NCBI RefSeq assembly: GCF_001194135.2
Contig: NC_069007.1
Coordinates: forward strand, 12,784,544 to 12,848,543
Origin: Octopus bimaculoides
Taxonomy: Eukaryota
Direction: 5' to 3'
DNA: 64,000 nt
The position numbers were made by a program, and so were the translations under genes. The notes below the pieces were generated by a model that saw only the letters and a program-made list of their open reading frames with translations, searched no databases and was not told the origin of the DNA. Positions 12,364-26,148 of the stretch are shown here, in pieces; within the stretch, counting starts at the first letter, position 1, and every line of letters starts with the position of its first letter.

Positions 12364-14294
12364 CTGCAACAGACAAGGTGAAGTGTTGGAATAATAATGG
12401 TTTCAAATTCCGGCACAAGGCCAGCAAGTTCGGAAAAGGGGGCAAGTCAATTATATCAACCCTAGTGCTCCACTGGTACTTATTTTGTTGACCCTGAAAG
12501 AATGAAAGGCATAGTAAGTCTTAGCGAGATTTGAACTCAAAACAAAGTTGGAAGAAATACCATTCAGCAGCCTGGCATACCAACAATTCTGCCAGTTCAC
12601 AGTCTTAAGTATTGTAATAATCCTTTTTATTATAGGCACAAAACCTGAAATTTTGGTGAAGGGGAGATAGTCGATTACATTGACCCCAGTACATGACTGG
12701 TACTTAATTTGAACTCAGGATGTGAAGACAGACAAAATGCCACTAAGCATTTTGCCCAGCATGATAACAATTCTACCAGCTCACTACCTTAATAACGATA
12801 ATAATAACAATTAAAAGTAATGTTGGTGATGGTTGTCTGAACAGCAACAGCTGTTGGGGTAGTAACACTGATGGTAGTAGGTAGCAAGCTGGCAGAATTG
12901 CTAGCATGCTGGGTAAAATGCTTAGCAGTATTTCATCTGCAGTTACATTCCCAGTTCAAATTCTGCCGAGGTCAACTTTGCCTTTCATCCTTTCGGGGGT
13001 TGATTGAANNNNNNNNNNCGGGGGGTTGATTGAATAAGTACCAATTATGCACTAGGGTCAATGTAATTGATTTAATCCCCTTGTCTGTCCTTGTTTGTCC
13101 CCTCTATGTTTAGCTCCCTGAGGGCAATAAAGATATAAACAATGATGGTGGTGGTGGTGGTAGTAGTAGTAGTAGAAGACCCGATGCTGGCCTCAACAGT
13201 GTGAACTTTCTTACTGTTTAGTGAGGCTAAGGAAAGCCAACATTCATCATTTCTTCCAGGGCCACTGAGACAGTAAAGAGGGAGAGAGAAAGGAGGGGAG
13301 AAGGCCTCACAAACTTAATGAGTCACTGCAGTAGAAAGCAGCAATGATACACGTTCAGGTGTTCTTTACTCACAAGGCCTATCACCCACTCACTTGCACA
13401 TAAGTGTTCTTATCTATCAGTCCACTGACAGACAAATATACGCATTTATTCTCAGCCACCATACCACTCACAGACATAAGCATCCAGTCCACACTATAAA
13501 GTGGTGGCCATTTGGAAGGGCATCCAGCTGTAAAAATTGTGCCAAAACTAACCTTGCCTGTGCTAGTGCCACGTAAAAAGCACTGAGTCCACTCTGCAGA
13601 GTGGTTGGTGTTCGGAAGGGCATCCAGCCATAAAATCCATGCCAAAACAGACACAGTAGCCTAGGGTAGTTTTTCTACCTGGTCGGCTCCTGTCAACTGT
13701 CCTACCCATGCATGCATGGAAGATGGACGTTAAACGATGATGATGATGATGATATATCATGGTATCAACCAGACTATTGGGTATTACATATCGCTAGTCA
13801 CAGTGCGCTTTGCATTGTTTTAGCTTTCAAATGATGCCACCCTGCTGGCTTGGCAAGCAGGGCAACATTGCTCTTGACTGGAAGGCTATCTTGTTACATG
13901 GTTACCCATTAACAGCTGAGTGGACTGGGGCAACGTGAAATGAAGTGTTTTGCTCAAGAACATGATACACTGCTCAGACTGGGAACTGAACCCACGATCT
14001 AGCACGCACGCACATATACACACAAATATACACATGCATACTCATCCACTATTAGCATATATAATCATCATCGACATTTAGTCCATGTTCCATACTTGCA
14101 ATAGGTTGGATAGTTTGACAAAATCCGAAGGGTTCAAGAACTGCATTGTACTCCAGTGTCTGCTTTGGAATGGTTTCCATGGTTGGATGTCCTTTCAAAC
14201 ACCAACCACTTTACAGAGTGTATTGGGTGCTTTTGTCGTGTCCCCGACAGTAGTGAGGTTACCATGTAGCTCACATGCATACATGCATGTTCTC

Positions 14295-14525
14295 ATTCAA
14301 CATGTAGCCTTGTCTAATTCTATTCAGCTATAAGAACAAGGTCATCAGCATAGAGAAGCTCCCATGTGCAACTAATTTTAAATTCCTCTCATAGGGTCAG
14401 GTGGACTGTGATAGACAAGAGTGGAGGCTGAGAACTGAGCCTTGGTGAACTCCTACCTGCACACCAAATTTGTTGTTACACTTAGTGATGACTTTCACCT
14501 TACTAATAGCATCCATGTACATGAC
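14295..14525 (-). mobile_element. RTE-clade LINE RT core fragment
   Basis: The minus strand gives GVHQGSVLS and then EFKISCTWELLYADDLVLIAE, the YADD RT motif, with frameshifts. Confidence 0.8.
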
Positions 14526-14961
14526 TTGTCCACCCACCCCCCTCCACACACACACTTATTCTCAACCACCAAACTATTGGCATGTATGACTGCAGCCATG
14601 CTGGAGCACTACCTTTAGTCGAACAAACTGAACCCAGGACTTATTCTTTGTAAGCTTAGTGCGTATTCTATTGGTCTCTTTGGCCGAACCGCTAAGTTAC
14701 AGGGACATAAACACACCAACATCAGTTGTTAAGCAATGGTGATGGGGGACAAACACAGACACACAAACATATATATACATATCCATAACAGTCTTCTTTC
14801 AGTCTCCATCAGACAAATCCACTCAAAAAGCTTTGGTGCCATGCAGTGGGACTGAACCCAGAAGCATGTAGTTGGGGAAGCAATCTCCTTACCACACAGT
14901 CATACCAGCACCTACAAGAGCAGCAACATGAAAGCAAAAAAGAAAAAAATAGAAAACCTAC

Positions 14962-15075
14962 CTCTTTTTGTGCCAAATTTCAGAAATAAGCCGCAGATAA
15001 TGACGTGATAGCATTGGATTTCTGTCAGGTCGTACAAAGCCATAACAGTCGAGGAAAAACCGGGTTAGAGGAGGA
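14962..15075 (-). CDS. USP20: USP20/33 coding exon 6
   Basis: (C)[37 protein letters not shown](R), comparable to human CPPLTQFFLECGGLVR...VSEVWHKKR. 114 nt, phase 2-2. Confidence 0.97.
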
Positions 15076-15584
15076 CTGGAGAATGAAGACAATTTTAGGA
15101 GAATCATTCAACAGAAACTGAAGAATTAAAACATAATATGAACAATTAAATATTTGGGAGAAGCTAGGTACCAAGAGTAGGTAATTTACTGCAGTAGGGG
15201 CATTATAAAGAAGACTGGGCTTCACAGAGGCAAGGTGGAGGAGTTCCTTTTGTGTGTTGGGCCTCACGAAGGCAATGACCAAGATCTATGGCATTATGTC
15301 ATGCGTGAGAAGAAGACCCATCAAGCTGAGCAAAATCAGTCGTGGCAGATACCGATTTTACACAAATTGGTACATAAAAGCACCCCGGTGTCACGCAAAT
15401 GGCACCCATGCCAGTGGCACACAAAAGCTTGACAAACACCATTCCTCCATGTGATCAGCTAGAAAAATTGTTCAGATATTAAGATATTTTAACATGAAAC
15501 CAATGGTAGCTTTAATACACAAATTTTATTCACCAATGTGGTGTTGAGCACTCAGTCTCATTGTTCAACATTTATGTGTGTGTT

Positions 15585-15660
<76 letters not shown>

Positions 15661-16525
15661 AGAGAGAGGACAGACACACAGGACAGCAGAAGGAATAAAA
15701 ACCTTGACTGTCACATTGTCCAACATATAATTAATCAGAATATGTTAGGATTTGTTTTCATAGTTCAATCAGGAGATAAGGTGGTGCCTATGACACATTC
15801 CAGAATCTCTAAAATGGGAGGAAAAAGAGGAAGTGTCCAGAAACCAGACACTTGGCCTCAAACACTTGCAATAGAGCACACCATACTAAAGGCACCCTTC
15901 ACAAATAAGCCATGGTAGGATTTCAACTCAGTACATGAAGTACCAGAACAGATACCACAAGGCATTATGCTTGATGCTTTACAGATTCTGTTAATCCACT
16001 GCCTAAGGCTGGTACTTCATTTATCAAGCCAGGGAGGATGGAAGCAAAGCTGACCTCAGACTACAAGAATCCTGGATAAATACTGCAAGGCATTTCATCT
16101 CGTGCTCAACCACTTTTGCCAATTTACCAATGTGCTGTATGGCCCTCAACCAGACTGAGGTATGCCATATCAGGAGCTATGACTTGAAACTAGTCAGGTC
16201 TTAACTGAAGCTACACCACAACACCATAACCAACAACTTAATTGCCTGACGTGCAGGAGGCAGTAGCTTAATCTCCCTTAATAACACCTTTTCCTATTAT
16301 TTTATTAGATGGGACACATTACACAAAATGGTCTTGGGCACACAGTAACTATTAAAAAGAAAAGAAAAAGGAAAAAAAAGAGATTAGCTGGCCATGGATA
16401 GAATGTCTTTTTTTTTTTTTCATTAGTCCATTTGATTAGGGCTCACCTGGAACAAATCAACAACAGCAACAGCAATAATGAGGTTTACAAAAGGGGAAAC
16501 TAATGGAGTAAAAAAAACTTCTTAC

Positions 16526-16595
16526 CAGTTTGATAAAGCTTGTAAAGCAGCATTCATGTAACAACTGTTGCCTAAGTTCTGTAGACCAGTTAAAC
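16526..16595 (-). CDS. USP20: USP20/33 coding exon 5 (catalytic Cys box)
   Basis: (G)[22 protein letters not shown](C) is a canonical USP Cys box. Flanked by ttatcAG and GTAAGA, 70 nt, phase 1-2. Confidence 0.98.
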
Positions 16596-16649
16596 CTGAT
16601 AAGAGAGACGAGAGTAGGTTAATACTGTGTTGGTATTACATAAAAAATA

Positions 16650-17406
16650 TCTTGAAACGCTAAAGAGTAAATTTATTCAATAAAATTGCCATTGCCTTCA
16701 ACTGCAGCCTCCAGACACTTCAGAATCTCATGCAACTTTTCTGGGCAGTCTCCTTGTTTAAGTTGGTAAATGCTGCCATAATCCTTGCCTTCAGTTTATC
16801 TTTGGTGTTACAAGGAGTTTTGTTGGTCGCTCGCTTAACTGTGCCCCACACATAATAGTCAAGGGGGTTGCAGTCTGGGGAGTTAGGTGGCCAAATGTTA
16901 GGAGTGATGTGGTCACAGAAATTGTCTGTCAGCCATGACTGAGATCTCCTGCTTGTGTGGCATGGTGCAGAGTCTGGTTGCCAGACATAGGGTGTTCTAG
17001 CAGCCACCTTCTTGACCCAGGACAGTACTACCTCCTCTAGACACTTGATTTAGGCCTTCTTGTTGAGTCTGAAGCCGTGTGAGAAGATGAACGGAGGCAT
17101 AATGTCACCATCACTAGTGATCACTCCAAACACCCTGATGTTGACTGGATGTTTGATTTTTATCACTCAGTACAAGTTTTGGGGACAATCTGTCCACACA
17201 TTAACACCCAAACACTGAAATGTTTGTATTGGAGCTCCTGGTGCAAATGCCAAGCAGTACAGCTTGTCGTTTCCAAATTTCTAGCAGAGTGAATTGCATC
17301 AGTGGTGTTTTTCTCAGACAGTGCCCAACTGACCCTACCATAATGTGTAGTCAACAAAATCAAACAAAAATATAAAATGGCGACATTTTACATATCACAT
17401 CCTGTA
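16650..17406 (-). mobile_element. Tc1/mariner (maT/DD37D-like) transposase relic
   Basis: KHPVNIRVFGVITSDGDIMPPFIF...YVWQPDSAPCHTS...WPPNSPDCNPLDYYVWGTV. One TA-flanked TIR-like end (TA-CAGGATGTGATATG) lies at 17406; the other TIR was not recognised. Confidence 0.88.
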
Positions 17407-17833
17407 TATATATATATATATATATATACAAACATAGATATATAACTTAAGGGAGCCTCTAGATGGTCACTCGACATGCTACAAATAGCAATCAAAGCTT
17501 CCTCAAAGCACTACTGTCTTCAAAAAAACTGTAGGGACACACTGAACAGTGTAGTCCTATTATACAAGAAGATAGGGTTTGCAATGGGTTCAACACCTTT
17601 GATGGTAGGTTTGCTCCATCAGGACCTAAACAACAACAAATATCTGTACAATCCAACGAGGGAGCCTCTGGAGGTTCAATGGCAAACTAGAAATAGCAGT
17701 GAAATCTAAAAATCACAGCAATGTATTAAAAAAAAAAAAAAAAAAAAAGAAGACACATTGAACAATGTAGTCCTTTACACACAAATGGGATGCAATAGTC
17801 ATGACTTAGCTGGAGCAAAACATATTTAGTTAC

Positions 17834-17961
17834 CTCTGGGTTTAATAGTATCATCATCCATATCAGACTCCGAGTCTTCAGGTTCAAATGCACTTCTCTG
17901 TGGTGAGCTGTCAGTTGAAACATCTTGGTGGTCTAGCATCTGGTAAGGCCGGTCTAATATT
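17834..17961 (-). CDS. USP20: USP20/33 coding exon 4 (acidic linker)
   Basis: ILDRPYQMLDHQDVSTDSSPQRSAFEPEDSESDMDDDTIKPR(G), comparable to human ESESEDDDLKPRG. Flanked by ttcAG and GTAACT, 128 nt, phase 2-1. Confidence 0.93.
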
Positions 17962-18030
17962 CTGAANNNNNNNNNNNNNNNNNNNNNNNNNNNNNNNNNN
18001 AAAAAAAAAAAAAAAAAAAAAAAAAATATT

Positions 18031-18570
18031 GATGCAGTACCAGGCAGTGGCTCTTATGGCTTCTGATCTTAAGTAATCGGAAGTGTTATCATGTAAATTG
18101 TTTTGTCTTGGTATAAAAGATGAGCTACAGTAAATATTCTGCTCAATACCACAGATTTCCTTGTCAGTTGTTTGACCATAACCAGTTGAGCATGTCCCTT
18201 GGTGGCTGATGATATGTGCACCTCTGATCATGAGCAGAAGTAGTGGGGGAGGCATCATAGCCATGTGTTGAGAGGGATTCTTTGGGGTTTGAATAATTCA
18301 CCTCTGGAAACATGAGTGTGTTGTTCAACATCCTTAAACAACCCTTATTCAGGGACCTTTTGAGCAGGATGGGCTACTTGACCAGAGGGAAATTCTAACT
18401 GGGCCTCACTGGCAAGGTTATGTGCTTGTTTATCTCGATATGAGATCACCATGTTGCCCACATATGGTTGCGATGCATGCGCCTGGTACTCATGATGGGT
18501 ATACTAGGCTCCATATATATTACCCCAGTGTCACTTTGATGGCATGCACTGTTCTCTCAATAATAATAAC
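18031..18570 (+). mobile_element. ~540-bp (AAT)n-tailed retroelement fragment; inverted copy at 28778-29316
   Basis: The two copies are colinear in opposite orientation, roughly 80-90% identical by eye, and end in an AATAAT tail. Confidence 0.75.
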
Positions 18571-20332
18571 ATTAATATTAGTTGAGGGAGATAGTTGACC
18601 CTAGTAAATGACTGGTAGTTTATGTGTGTGTGCGCGCAGACATGGCTACGTGGTTAAGAAGCATGCTTTGGGAATGATTTGTTTGACTAGGCTCTTGAAG
18701 GCAGTGCTCCAGCATGGCTGCTGGCTGATAACTGAAACAAGTCATATAAAAGTTGTGTGTTCGCATATATATATATATAGGCACACACATGACTGTGTGG
18801 TAAGAAGCTTGCTTCCCAACCACATGGTTCCAGGTTCAATCCCACTGTGTGGCACCTTGAGCAAGCTTCTTACCACACAGTCACACCAATCCTGTTTTTG
18901 TTCCCAACTTTGACCTTCCATAAATCCTAAATGTTATTTTAGAATTTATGGGAGCAACTGTCCTTGAAGACTCATATTGTTGTTGAATACTTGAAAACAG
19001 CCAACAACTGATAAAGGGTCATTTCTCTGTGTTTACTTGTCCTGTTTTACATATTTCATGTTGTTTGCACAGTTGATGACATCCTGTACCCATATATGCA
19101 TATATATACACATATATATATATGCGCACATATACACACAACAGTAAACATGACATGGTTTAATAAAAAGACCAGTAATAGTAAAGTTATATTCCATATT
19201 ATTGTGACTTCTAATCACAATCAAAGACAACAGAACAAATATCACAAGGTAAACATCATTATTGTTGCTGCTTTGTCATGGAGCAAGGACAAATCAGGTT
19301 AGAATAATCTAGATCAGAGTTTCTTTAGCATTGTTTTCTTTTTTTTTATATATTTCCTCACCACCACGATACTCTCCTCCCCCTCTGACCTACGATAAGA
19401 CAGCTTGTTTGCACAACACACTGTATTATTGCATAACATTAACACTAACCTTATATTAATTAAACATTAGCATCGTTAAAATGAATATTAAAGAAAATAA
19501 ATCAGGTGAAAAGAAAAGAAAAAAAATGGAAAATAATAAAATTATTTTTCGACCTTAAAAAAAAAAAAAATCCCACTGGAATTCCACAACTTCCTCCTGG
19601 AATCTTGGTATGTGTCCCAGATTAATAATTGTGGGGGATTTGAATGTGATTGGTTGGTGTTCTGATGCAGAAAAACTGTACCAGTCACACAGTTATGCAC
19701 ACAGGTGAAGTCAAGCATGCACACACATACTATCACAAGGAGTCAGTCTCTCTCCCTCACTCTCCCTCTCAAACACACACAATCATAAAGAGGAAATAAA
19801 CAGAGAGAGAATGAATATATATATATGTATATATNNNNNNNNNNNNNNNNNNNNNNNNNNNNNNNNNNNNNNNNNNNNNNNNNNNNNNNNNNNNNNNNNN
19901 NNNNNNNNNNNNNNNNNNNNNNNNNNNNNNNNNNNNNNNNNNNNNNNNNNNNNNNNNNNNNNNNNNNNNNNNNNNNNNNNNNNNNNNNNNNNNNNNNNNN
20001 NNNNNNNNNNNNNNNNNNNNNNNNNNNNNNNNNNNNNNNNNNNNNNNNNNNNNNNNNNNNNNNNNNNNNNNNNNNNNNNNNNNNNNNNNNNNNNNNNNNN
20101 NNNNNNNNNNNNNNNNNNNNNNNNNNNNNNNNNNNNNNNNATATATATATATATATATATATATATAGGGGCAGGCATGGCTGTGTGGTAATTAAGCATG
20201 CTTCCCAACCACATGGTACAATGTTCAGTCCCACTGCATGGTACCTTGGGCAAGTGTCTATTACTATAGCCTTGGGTCAATCAGAGCCTTGTGAGTGGAT
20301 TTGGTAGACAGAAACTGAAAGAAGCCACCAAA

Positions 20333-20565
20333 GGTGGTGAGCTGGCAGAAGCGTTAGCACACCAGGCGCAATGCTTAGCGGTATTTCTTCTGTCTTTATG
20401 TTCTGAGTTCGAATTCCGCCGAGGTCGACTTTGCCTTTCATCCTTTCGGGGTCGATAAATTAAGTACCAGTTACGCACTGGGGTCGATGTAATCTACTTA
20501 ATCCCTTTGTCTGTCCTTGTTTGTCCCCTCTGTGTTTAGCCCCTTGTGGGCAATAAAGAAATAAG
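20333..20565 (+). mobile_element. tRNA-derived SINE family A with a Nin/Deu-like central domain (representative; dozens of copies)
   Basis: The head GGTGGTGAGCTGGCAGAA...GAGTTCGAATTCC contains A- and B-box-like motifs. The core GAGGTCGACTTTGCCTTTCATCCTTTCGGGGTCGATAAATTAAGTACCAG resembles the Nin domain. A 17-bp TSD flanks the copy. Confidence 0.85.
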
Positions 20566-20582
20566 AAACTGAAAGAAGCCAG

Positions 20583-20635
<53 letters not shown>

Positions 20636-21633
20636 CTCCCCCACCACCACCACCATCGCTTGACAACCGATGCTGGTGTGTTTATGTCCCTGTAACTTAG
20701 CAGTTCAGCAAAACAGACAAATAGAATAAGTCCTGGGATTGATTTCTTTAAAGCAGTGCTCCAGCATAGCCACAGTCAAAGTAATGGAAACAAGTAAAAG
20801 AACAAAAGAATATATAGTACATCTTGTGTGTTCAGTTGGATGTACAACTGCTCTTGTTGAGTTTGAAGCTCCGGGAGAAATTATGATGAATACTAGTTTA
20901 CATCCTTTGTTCCCGACAGATGTTTCACCATTGTGGCTGTTTGGAACTTTGCACTGAATGTTTCCAGTAAAATTTGATGCTTAACCACAATGGATCATCG
21001 TCATCAGGGGAACATTTTATTGCATTGTTACAGACATCAAATGTCTATTGTCTGCCTCTAGATACGTGTGTGTGTGTGTGTGTGTGTGTGTGTTGATGTT
21101 TGTTTTCATGTTTATTCATAATAAAAACAATTTTACATTAACCTGAAGAGTTACTATTCTTTTACTTGCTTCAGTCATTTGACTGCAGCCATGCTGGAGC
21201 ACCACCTTTAGATGAGCAAATCGAACCCAGGACTTATTCTTCGTAAGCCTAGAACTTACTCTATTGGTCTCTTTTGCCGAACTGCTAAGTTACGGGGATG
21301 TAAACACACCAGCATCAGTTGTCAAACAATGTTGGGGGGGGATAAACACAGACACACAATCACATGCACACACACACATATATGACGGGCTTCTTTCAGT
21401 TTCCATCTACCAAATTCACTCACAAGGCTTTGGTCGGCCTGAGGCTATAGTAGAAAGCACTTGCCCAAGGTGCCATGCAGTGGGACTATACATCTGCAGA
21501 ATACACGTTGATTCTTAAACAAGAATAATGTTGACAGTGACTTCGAAGTCTTGGACAGTTAAGCCATTGTCAGATGATGGCTTAACTGGTTAAAACTTTA
21601 ATGTCACTATCAACATTATTCTTGTTTAAGAGT

Positions 21634-21665
<32 letters not shown>

Positions 21666-22054
21666 TATAACTACCTAGTCACTGTATTATGACACCAGGT
21701 GACAGAATATTCCACAGACATCTGTACCCTTAACATTATCCAAGGGTAGAATAAGTATGACCAGAAACATTCACATCCACCCACAAATACCTCCTCACTG
21801 ATTTGGCTTAACCGGCCAAAACTTCAAAGCCACTGTTAACAATATTCTTGCTTAAGAATGTATATAGATACACAAACTGGCCGAGTATTCCACAAATACT
21901 TCTATCCTGAACACAACCCTGCAAACATACTAAACAAGTGACAAGGTTAGGCTTACGAATTCCAAGTACAACCTATTCAACAAAACACACACACAATGTT
22001 AAAGAAAATACATAGAAACACAGAATTCTACAAAAAAAATCCAAAGGCACTTAC

Positions 22055-22152
22055 TGTAACGGTGGGCTGTTATGATCCAAAACTTCATTTTCACAAGAGT
22101 AACACCAGATTCTCATGGTAGTCAAGTTGATAGTCAGACAGTGATTGTGTTC
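22055..22152 (-). CDS. USP20: USP20/33 coding exon 3 (end of ZnF-UBP)
   Basis: EHNHCLTINLTTMRIWCYSCENEVLDHNSPPL, comparable to human [21 protein letters not shown]. Flanked by tttAG and GTAAGT, 98 nt, phase 0-2. Confidence 0.96.
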
Positions 22153-24441
22153 CTAAATATAAACATATAGACGTCATGTACATATATTAGCATCGAAATT
22201 GGTACAGCCATCAGCATCTTATCTATGAAACTACATGTAAATAACACACCTTCCAACCTACGTAAAGCTTTCCACGTGATACATATACACGTTTGTATTT
22301 AAAATGTGAGGAAAAGTACTTGACACGCACATATATCATCACTATCATCATCATCATTTAGCGTCTTTGCAGGGGTTGCTGTGTGGTTAGGAAGTTTGCC
22401 TCCTGACCATAATTTCAAGTTCAATCCTACTGCATGGCGACTTGGGCAAATGCCTTCTACTATAACCCAAGACTGACCACAACCTTGTGAGTGAATTTGG
22501 TAGACAGAAACTGAAAGGTGGCGAGCTGGCAGAAACATTAGCACACCGGGCGAAATACTTAGCAGTATTTTCGTCTGCCGCTACGTTCTGAGTTCAAATT
22601 CCGCCAAGGTCGACTTTGCCTTTCATCCTTTCGGGATCAATTAAATAAGTACAAGTTACGCACTGGGGTCGATATAATCGACTTAATCCATTTGTCTGTC
22701 CTTCTTTGTCCCCTCTGTGTGTAGCTCCTAGTGGGCAGTAAAGAAATAAGAAACTGAAAGAAGACCTATGTTTGTCTGTGAATGTTTGTGTTCCCTTGTC
22801 TTGATATTATGTGATAGCTGTAAAATGATTTCCACTGTCATCCAAACAGTGCCATTCGTTTCCAATATTCCATGAAAACATATCAGGTCACAGGGAAATG
22901 TTACCTTACTTGGAAACAGGTGTTAAGAAAGGCATCAGGCCATAGAAAAATCTGTCTCAGTAAAAGCTTCACCTGAGCCATGCAAGCATGAAAAAGTGGA
23001 TGTGAAAATGATGACAATGACATCAATGCTATGATAACTCAGACTTTAATAAATATCTTAAGAGTGCAGATGTGGCTCCATGTTTAAGAAGTCTGCTTTG
23101 TAATCACTTGGCTCCAGGTTCAAGCCCCTATGCTGGGTACTACTTTCAAGTGTTTAGCTGATTATATGGACCCTAAGAACATATTTCAGTAGGTACTAAC
23201 TCAGAGAGCAGACAACTGATGGTGATACAGTGGCAGTGATAGCAAGAGACCATTGCTAAATAAACCAAAGGGAAGACAAGTCCCAGTTGTGTTTTAAATA
23301 AATTATGGCAGCGATACGAAGGTGATAAGGGCAGCTTTAATAAGCTGAACTGGGAAACGAAATTAGAGTAAAATAAATAAACAAAAATACTAATTAGAGC
23401 TCGTTTTCTTTCTCTAAACATTGTGTGAGTGTGTGACTCTGCATTAAAATTACTTTTAAATAAAAGTATACCTATTCCCCCACCACACCTTTGCCTCCTC
23501 CTCCACTCAAGCACCATCAACAATGGGTAATGTAATAGTTGTGTTGTTGGTGATGATGGTTGCTGTGTAGTCCCAGACTGAGGAGCCCCATGGTATGTAG
23601 CTAGTTGACACATTCCTTAGCAACATTTAGCAGGGATTGTAATTGCTCAAAAATTTCCAACAATATGAAGGGTTAACTGTCTCTTCTCCCTACCAGCACC
23701 ATCACACCTCCCTGCACCTATGTCCTACTACTACTAGTAGTAGTAGTAGTAGTAATTTGTGGTTGTACTGTAAGATTCCAAATCTTAATGGAAGCAAATG
23801 CCTGATAATTAACAGATAATATTCAAACTGATCCCCCACCTCCCCCTTAACATAGAGACATTGTTACATGCTTTAATGTCCTCAGTTGTTTCATATTAGA
23901 GTAAAAAAAAAAAAAGAAATAGAGTAAGCAAAGAAAAAAAAAACATCAAAACAAACAACAGCAGACAAGTCTGCAGTCAGTGAATGAGATGAATCAGATG
24001 AAAATATGACAAATGCTGAGGTTTGTAAAAACTTGTGATGAAACAGGTGTAGCTGTGTGGTAAGAAGTTTGCTTTCCAACCACGATTTCTGGTTCAGTTC
24101 CACTGCAAGGCACCTTGGGCAAGTGTTTTCTACCATAGCCCCAAGCTGGCTGAAGCCTTGTGAGTGGATTTAGTTGAAGGAAACTGAAAGAAGTCTGTTA
24201 ATAGCACATAAAAGCACCCACTACACTCTCAGAGTGGTTGGTGTTAGGAAGGGCATCCAGCTGTAGAAACTCTGCCAAATCAGATTGGAGCCTGGTGTAG
24301 CCACCTGGTCCACCAGTCCTCAGTCAAATCGTCCAACCCATGCTAGCATGGAAAGCGGACGTTAAACGATGATGATGATGATGATAGATATATATATATA
24401 TTTTGTGTATGTTACTGAAAGAAGCCTGTTAAATATATATA

Positions 24442-24810
24442 CAGCATACCTCACCCTACATCGTTAATTGGTTCCAGGAGACATGACTTAAGTTGAATTA
24501 ACTTGTCCCTAGGCTAGTTTAGGCCGAATTTACTTGTCTCTAGGCTAAACTGATAATAACCATTCCCAGTTCTGTACTTTATTTATGAATGCATTTTCAA
24601 TAATACATGGTTAATAAAAACCATGTGTGCTAAATTCTTGTCCTTATGTACAATCATCGATACAGTTGTCTGTCTCATCCCAAAAGGTCATGCAATTGCT
24701 ATCACTTTTTCACCTTTTTCATGGTGTTTTATCATACCCAGTTTATCTTCCAGTGATATAGCATGACGCTTAGCACTTCCACTGTGAATTTTCTTTGGCT
24801 CCATAGGGAC
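24442..24810 (-). mobile_element. Tigger/pogo transposon relic
   Basis: The minus strand encodes KRHAISLEDKLGMIKHHEKGEKVIAIA, a CENP-B/psq-type HTH. A Tigger-like terminus TA-CAGCATACCTC lies at 24442. Confidence 0.75.
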
Positions 24811-25291
24811 AAAAAAAAAAAAAANNNNNNNNNNNNNNNNNNNNNNNNNNNNNNNNNNNNNNNNNNNNNNNNNNNNNNNNNNNNNNNNNNNNNNNNNNNN
24901 NNNNNNNNNNNNNNNNNNNNNNNNNNNNNNNNNNNNNNNNNNNNNNNNNNNNNNNNNNNNNNNNNNNNNNNNNNNNNNNNNNNNNNNNNNNNNNNNNNNN
25001 NNNNNNNNNNNNNNNNNNNNNNNNNNNNNNNNNNNNNNNNNNNNNNNNNNNNNNNNNNNNNNNNNNNNNNNNNNNNNNNNNNNNNNNNNNNNNNNNNNNN
25101 NNNNNNNNNNNNNNNNNNNNNNNNNNNNNNNNNNNNNNNNNNNNNNNNNNNNNNNNNNNNNNNNNNNNNNNNNNNNNNNNNNNNNNNNNNNNNNNNNNNN
25201 NNNNNNNNNNNNNNNNNNNNNNTTATTTTTCCATATATTATTTTTGAAAACCAACGAATAATCAAGAACGACTTAAGTCAAGGTATGCCTG

Positions 25292-25334
<43 letters not shown>

Positions 25335-26028
25335 GTGTGTGCATTACTGACACCCTGCTTTGACATTGTATGCTAATTGTAAGCAAATGTCATTGTCATG
25401 AAAACAGCGTCTTTTGTTTCCAATCACAGGGAAATATTACCTCTTGCTGGAGGTTCAACAACAGGAAGGGCCTCTGGCCATAGAAAATCTATCGCAAGAA
25501 AAAATTCCATCTAACCTAAGCAAGCATAGAAAAGTGAATGTTAAAATAATGAGGAGGAAGAGAAGGATGGGTGATACCTGAAACCAACAACCATTTGAGC
25601 AAATGTTGCAACTACAGAGAGTTGATTAGACTGACCGAAGGCAGAAATTCAAATCTAATCAACAGCACTGTTATGTCTTAACTCTTATGTAGCCTGGTCT
25701 AACCAGCTGTAAAGAGGCATCAGACAATCAACCAAAAAGACAATAGTTCACAATAAGACATTCTCGCTACTCTGTGACAGGAGCCAAGACAATTCTTGAA
25801 CAGCCCAGTCTACCCAACTGTTAACAGGTACCAAATAACCATCTAAGCAGTGAAGGGTTCTAATCCTGTCACTAGTGCTATATCGGTAGAGTTCTTAGCG
25901 CTGGGTGTTGCAATTTGATCCATAATAGGGATGAGAGAGAAAGAGAGAGTGGCAGGCATGACAAATCAATTATGTTGAATGTACGACAAAGGAAAGAAAG
26001 AAAAAAACAACAAAACAATGGATCTTAC

Positions 26029-26148
26029 CACTGCATGATATCCACTATGATCACTGGATGATTCCCCACATCCAATATAGTTGCAGTTGCCAACGAGACA
26101 CAACCAAAGATTGGGAGGCTGTGCGTGACAGGTGTGACATTCTTGTGC
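26029..26148 (-). CDS. USP20: USP20/33 coding exon 2 (ZnF-UBP)
   Basis: AQECHTCHAQPPNLWLCLVGNCNYIGCGESSSDHSGYHAV matches the family motif C..C...PNLW.CL...C.Y.GCGES..DHS..HA. Flanked by tttcAG and GTAAGA, 120 nt, phase 0-0. Confidence 0.96.

Noticed and set aside
20820-20960. Unique-looking stretch with an open minus-strand frame as a candidate USP20/33 exon
   Set aside because: It has a stop in the phase required after exon 22055, and exon 17834-17961 already joins correctly.
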